From: an uncultured Candidatus Entotheonella sp.
GTDB lineage: Bacteria; Tectomicrobia; Entotheonellia; Entotheonellales; Entotheonellaceae
Length of the DNA: 64,000 nt
Direction of reading: 5' to 3'
Assembly (NCBI GenBank): GCA_965215335.1
Contig: CBDCDA010000002.1
Span: 1,024,001 to 1,088,000 of the forward strand
In this document: one piece after another, positions 60,552 through 64,000 of the stretch
How positions within the stretch are numbered: the first letter of the stretch is position 1
Layout: the number at the start of each line of letters is the position of its first letter
Notes under the pieces: model-generated
Told to the model about the DNA's origin: nothing
The model's input: only the letters and a program-made list of their open reading frames with translations
Database searches by the model: none
Translations under genes and position numbers: made by a program

Positions 60552-62930
60552 ATGATCCAACGGACAGTGGTGGTACTGATAACAGCCGCGGCGATTTTCG
60601 CAACCGCTGTCGCCGGGCAGGCGGATGATGCGCTGCGTTGGAAGATCAAGCAGTTGCAGGCGGAGTTGAATCGGTGGCAGGCGCAGCACCGGCAAGCCGG
60701 GGAGGAACTCGCCCGTGTGCGGCAGGAGCAGGTGGCCCTCCACGCCCAATTGGCGGCCGATCTGGAAGACGAGCGGCGCCAGAAGGACACGGCTCGACAG
60801 ATGCTGGCGTCCGTGCAGCAGCAGTTGAGGGATGCCCAGACGTCGATGGTGCAGGGTCAGGAGCGTGAAGCTACGTTGCAACAGGACTTGTCGCAGGCGC
60901 GCCGGCAGCTGGCCCAGGCCGAGTCGGACTCGGCCCAGTTGCAAGGTACCCAGCAGGAATTGGCGGGGCTACAGGATGAATTGGCGCGCACGCAGTCGGC
61001 GCTCGCTGAGGAACAGGAGCGACATCGGACCACCAGCGGTGTCTTGGCCGGTGTGCGGCAGGCTTTGGAGCAGGCCAGCGCTGCGGTGGTGAAGCTGCGT
61101 TGGGCGCAGACGAGACAGGACCGGGCGACCGCTGCGGCACAGGCGGCTATGCAGGCGGAGTTGATGGAGGCGCAGCAACGGCAATGGCAGGCCGATGCGG
61201 ATGTCGTGCTGCTGCGTCAGGAATTATTGCGGGCGAATGCGGCGGTGGCAGGATTGCAGGCACGGGTCGTCAGTGTCCGGGGCGAGGCCGGTGAGGCGCA
61301 GGAATCGCTAACGGCGGTGCGGCAGGAGTTGGCGAATGTCCGCGCGGCTTTGGCGCGGGATCAGGGTCGGTATCGCGTGGTAGCGCGGGTGTTGTCGAGC
61401 ACGCAGCAGAGGTTGGTGGAAGCCAATGCGCGGTCGGCGCAGTTGCGGGTGGATCTGGATGATGCAAGTCGAGCGGCTGCCGTACGGCGAGACATGCTGG
61501 CGTCCGTGCAGCAGCAGTTGAGGGATGCCCAGACCGCGATGGTGCAGGATCAGGAAAGCCGAGCGGTCCTGGAGGAGGCGTTGTCGCAGACCCGGCAGGA
61601 CTTGGCGCGGGCCAACTCGGTGGCCGAACAGGCGCAGAGCGAGATCGTGCGGCAGGCCCGGATTAACGAGGTCCGACAGTCACAAATGAATCGGGACCTT
61701 ATGGAAGCGCGGTCGCAAGGCGAGGCGGTGCAACTGATCCTGGTCACCGTGCGGGAAGAACTGGCGCGCACTCGCAGAGCGCTGGAGCAGGAGCAGGGGC
61801 GCAGCGCAGCGCAGGGCGAGGTTTTGGCAAATACGCAGGCGGCGTTATCGGAAACCTCCGCGTCGCTTGCCGAGGCTCGCGCGACGATGGCTGACCAGGC
61901 CGAGGCGCATGCCAACGCGCAAGCGGCGGCGCAGTCGGACAAGCAGCAATGGGTCGAGCGTTACTGGGACATGGAACAGCAGCGCAACAAGACGCGGCAA
62001 GCCTTGAAACGCGCGGAGCAGGCGTACACGGAGACGCAGCAAGCCCTGGATCAGACGACGAGGCAGGCACGGATTGACGGGATCGGGCGGTCGCAACTGC
62101 GCAGGGATTTGATGGAAGCGCAGGCTCAGGTCCAGGCCACGCAACAGGCGTTGTCGGAAGCCTCGGCGTCGCTTGCCGAGGTTCGTTCGGCGCTGGCAGA
62201 CCAGGCCGAGGCGCACGCCAACGCGCAAGCGACATCGCAGTTGGACAAGCAGCAGTGGGTCGAGCGTTACTGGGAGATGGAACAGCGGCGCAACAAGACG
62301 CGGCAAGCCATGAGACGCGCGGAGCAGGCGTACGCGGAGACGCGGCGGGTGCTGGATCAGACGACGCGGCAGGCCCGGATTGACGAAATCCTGCGGTCGC
62401 AACTGCGCAGGGATTTGATGGAAGCGCGGCAGGATCTGGAGCGCAGGAATGCCCGTCGTGCCGAGGCCGCCGCGCGTGTCGAGGCGGTGGCCGATCTGAT
62501 GCGGCAGCATTTTGCGGATGAAATTCGGCAAAACCAGTTGAGCGTGCGGAAAGGCAAACGGCGCGTGAAACTCGCGTCGGCCGATATCTTTGATTTTGAT
62601 AAAGCTGTCGAAGCGGGAAGGCGGTCCAGACAGACCTTGGATCAACTCGCCGAGATGCTGCAGGAAATTCCCTTGCATCAGGTGCGACTCGAAGTCCATA
62701 CGGACAGCATCCCCCTCAGGCGGGGTTCGAGATGGCCGACGAATTGGGAGTTGTCGACGGCACGGGCCGCGAAGCTCGCGCGTTACCTGATCGACAAGGG
62801 TGTGGCACCTGAACGCCTGTCGATTGGCGGCTACGGCGAGTACCGGCCCGTGGCCGACAATAACACGCCGGAAGGGCGGCGACAGAACCGGCGGGTCGAG
62901 GTGATCATCAAGCCGCCGCGCCATCCGTAG
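60552..62930 (+). CDS. Exported long coiled-coil protein with a C-terminal OmpA/MotB-like peptidoglycan-binding domain
   Basis: Signal peptide, more than 600 aa of A/Q/E/R-rich helical sequence, HTD..P, NWELSTARA, GYGEYRP, NRRVEV. Confidence 0.88.
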   Translation: MIQRTVVVLITAAAIFATAVAGQADDALRWKIKQLQAELNRWQAQHRQAGEELARVRQEQVALHAQLAADLEDERRQKDTARQMLASVQQQLRDAQTSMVQGQEREATLQQDLSQARRQLAQAESDSAQLQGTQQELAGLQDELARTQSALAEEQERHRTTSGVLAGVRQALEQASAAVVKLRWAQTRQDRATAAAQAAMQAELMEAQQRQWQADADVVLLRQELLRANAAVAGLQARVVSVRGEAGEAQESLTAVRQELANVRAALARDQGRYRVVARVLSSTQQRLVEANARSAQLRVDLDDASRAAAVRRDMLASVQQQLRDAQTAMVQDQESRAVLEEALSQTRQDLARANSVAEQAQSEIVRQARINEVRQSQMNRDLMEARSQGEAVQLILVTVREELARTRRALEQEQGRSAAQGEVLANTQAALSETSASLAEARATMADQAEAHANAQAAAQSDKQQWVERYWDMEQQRNKTRQALKRAEQAYTETQQALDQTTRQARIDGIGRSQLRRDLMEAQAQVQATQQALSEASASLAEVRSALADQAEAHANAQATSQLDKQQWVERYWEMEQRRNKTRQAMRRAEQAYAETRRVLDQTTRQARIDEILRSQLRRDLMEARQDLERRNARRAEAAARVEAVADLMRQHFADEIRQNQLSVRKGKRRVKLASADIFDFDKAVEAGRRSRQTLDQLAEMLQEIPLHQVRLEVHTDSIPLRRGSRWPTNWELSTARAAKLARYLIDKGVAPERLSIGGYGEYRPVADNNTPEGRRQNRRVEVIIKPPRHP
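61841..62430 (+). repeat. Tandem in-frame repeat, 306-nt period
   Basis: ALSE.SASLAE...DKQQWVERYW.MEQ.RNKTRQA...RSQLRRDLMEA occurs twice, starting at 61841 and 62147. Confidence 0.93.
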
Positions 62931-63031
62931 GACAAACCGCCATTGGCATGACACATACCCGGCGGCTGTTCGGGACGTGATGCCAATGGCGGTGATTGTT
63001 GCGACTGCCCCGAGGCCGGGCGGGAACGCTG

Positions 63032-63580
63032 CTACGGCAAAGCAGCCTGCGGTTCCAGGGCCAAGCGATGCAGCCGCCACGTCCATTCGATGTCCGTGAG
63101 CGCACGGTGTTGATCCTCGCCCTCACGGACCAACTTGTAATGTTCTGCCACCGTGCCCAGTCCGAGATGCAGGTCGGCGGGCAGAGTGCCGAGCAGTTGG
63201 AAGCGCTTGTACAGACTCCACACGTCAAAGATGTGATAGTCAAACCGCCAGGGAATGCCGTAGCGCTGGTAGGCTCGATACAGAAACGCCTCGTCGAACT
63301 TCGTATTCCAGCCGCTGATGATGGCCTCGTCCTGACATCGCCTGTCGAACTGCCGCAGTACTTCTTCAAGAGGCGCCGCCGCGGCAATGCTGGCGAGCGG
63401 AATCTTGTGGACCTCGGCCGCCTCGGCGCTCTTCTCCACGTCGCCCGGATTGGCCAGGGAGTGGAAAATTTCGGCTTCGCGCCGACCGTCGGTCTCGAAA
63501 ATGCAGCCAACTTCGACGATGCCATGCTGAGCGACGTCGAGACCGGTTGTTTCCAGATCAACAAAGACTAGCTGTGCCAT
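63032..63580 (-). CDS. DEDDh 3'-5' exonuclease
   Basis: VDLETTG, WN..FD, HRALTD. Confidence 0.9.
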   Translation of the reverse strand: MAQLVFVDLETTGLDVAQHGIVEVGCIFETDGRREAEIFHSLANPGDVEKSAEAAEVHKIPLASIAAAAPLEEVLRQFDRRCQDEAIISGWNTKFDEAFLYRAYQRYGIPWRFDYHIFDVWSLYKRFQLLGTLPADLHLGLGTVAEHYKLVREGEDQHRALTDIEWTWRLHRLALEPQAALP

Positions 63581-63717
63581 GGGTTTTCTCATTTGTGACA
63601 AAAGAGTTTGGATCGCTGGCGGCGGAAAGGCCCGTCAGCATAGCCCATATTCTGTCATTGGGCCAGACGCTGTTCGGCCGCCGTTTGGCCATGACAGCGT
63701 AAAGAGGACTTCCGTTC

Positions 63718-64000
63718 ATGCCGCCGAGTTTTGCCACCGTCCGGGAACGCTATTTCGATGACCTTGTCGCCAACCAGTGGTACGACGTCCGTACCTTCGG
63801 CAAGAAGCAGAGACTGACCCTCAGGCCGCCCGACTACCTCGTCGAGCTCATCCGGCACACGCAGGTGACGGCGGTGGAGATGCACAGCCACACACCGCGT
63901 TCGGACGGGCTGATCGAGCCGCAGCGCATCGCCGCCTGGACCCATGCCCTGTACAAGAAAGGCTATTTCCGCCACGGCCATCTGGCGATGCCGCTCGTGG
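63718..64000 (+). CDS. PHP domain protein, N-terminal part, runs off the window
   Basis: Hand translation MPPSFATV...VEMHSHTPRSDG; GAGG RBS; not in the ORF track. Confidence 0.65.
   Translation, partial: MPPSFATVRERYFDDLVANQWYDVRTFGKKQRLTLRPPDYLVELIRHTQVTAVEMHSHTPRSDGLIEPQRIAAWTHALYKKGYFRHGHLAMPLV

Noticed and set aside
61841..62430. Repeats as a CRISPR array or mobile element
   Set aside because: In-frame coding repeats with no spacers; no cas or transposase gene in the window.
63655..63981. 108-aa minus-strand ORF
   Set aside because: Shadow of the plus-strand PHP gene starting at 63718.

Overview
A GC-rich bacterial chromosomal window, mostly housekeeping genes, with a defence patch at the left end and several decayed relics. 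Left end (minus strand): Panacea/DUF4065 antitoxin, overlapping putative toxin, 5'-truncated TIR-like ORF, type III restriction Res, and Mod (cut by the window edge). Next come a ba3-type (B-family) cytochrome c oxidase operon, including a 36-aa subunit IIa missed by the ORF track, and a PAC2-family gene. A long minus-strand core block follows: cysteine synthase-FIST-methyltransferase-ligA-nth-miaB, and aroB-aroQ-plsC-DUF721-TPR-LolB-like-ispE-tRNA-Gln-prs-rplY-pth-rpsF-ssb-rpsR-YybS-rplI-dnaB-alr-tgt. The right half holds hflKC, CYTH-purQ-purB-serS, a gcvH/lipoate-ligase/YvcK/acyl-CoA ligase operon, lnt, a ferredoxin, a BglII-like endonuclease plus MT-A70 methyltransferase pair, Mrp, GH15, pyruvate kinase, SDR, MFS, aldolase, cold-shock protein, Nudix, thioesterase, FxsA, a repeat-rich coiled-coil MotB/OmpA protein, a DEDDh exonuclease and a partial PHP gene. 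The most notable observations are: a pseudo-receiver domain fused to pyruvate kinase; the Panacea-toxin-TIR-type III RM cluster; a 48-codon internal duplication in LigA with mostly synonymous divergence; a frameshifted pilM relic upstream of aroB, suggesting loss of the pilMNOPQ block; an HsdS relic; and a candidate structured RNA with its own promoter. No CRISPR array, rRNA or transposase was seen. All calls come from motif recognition by eye; no searches were run.
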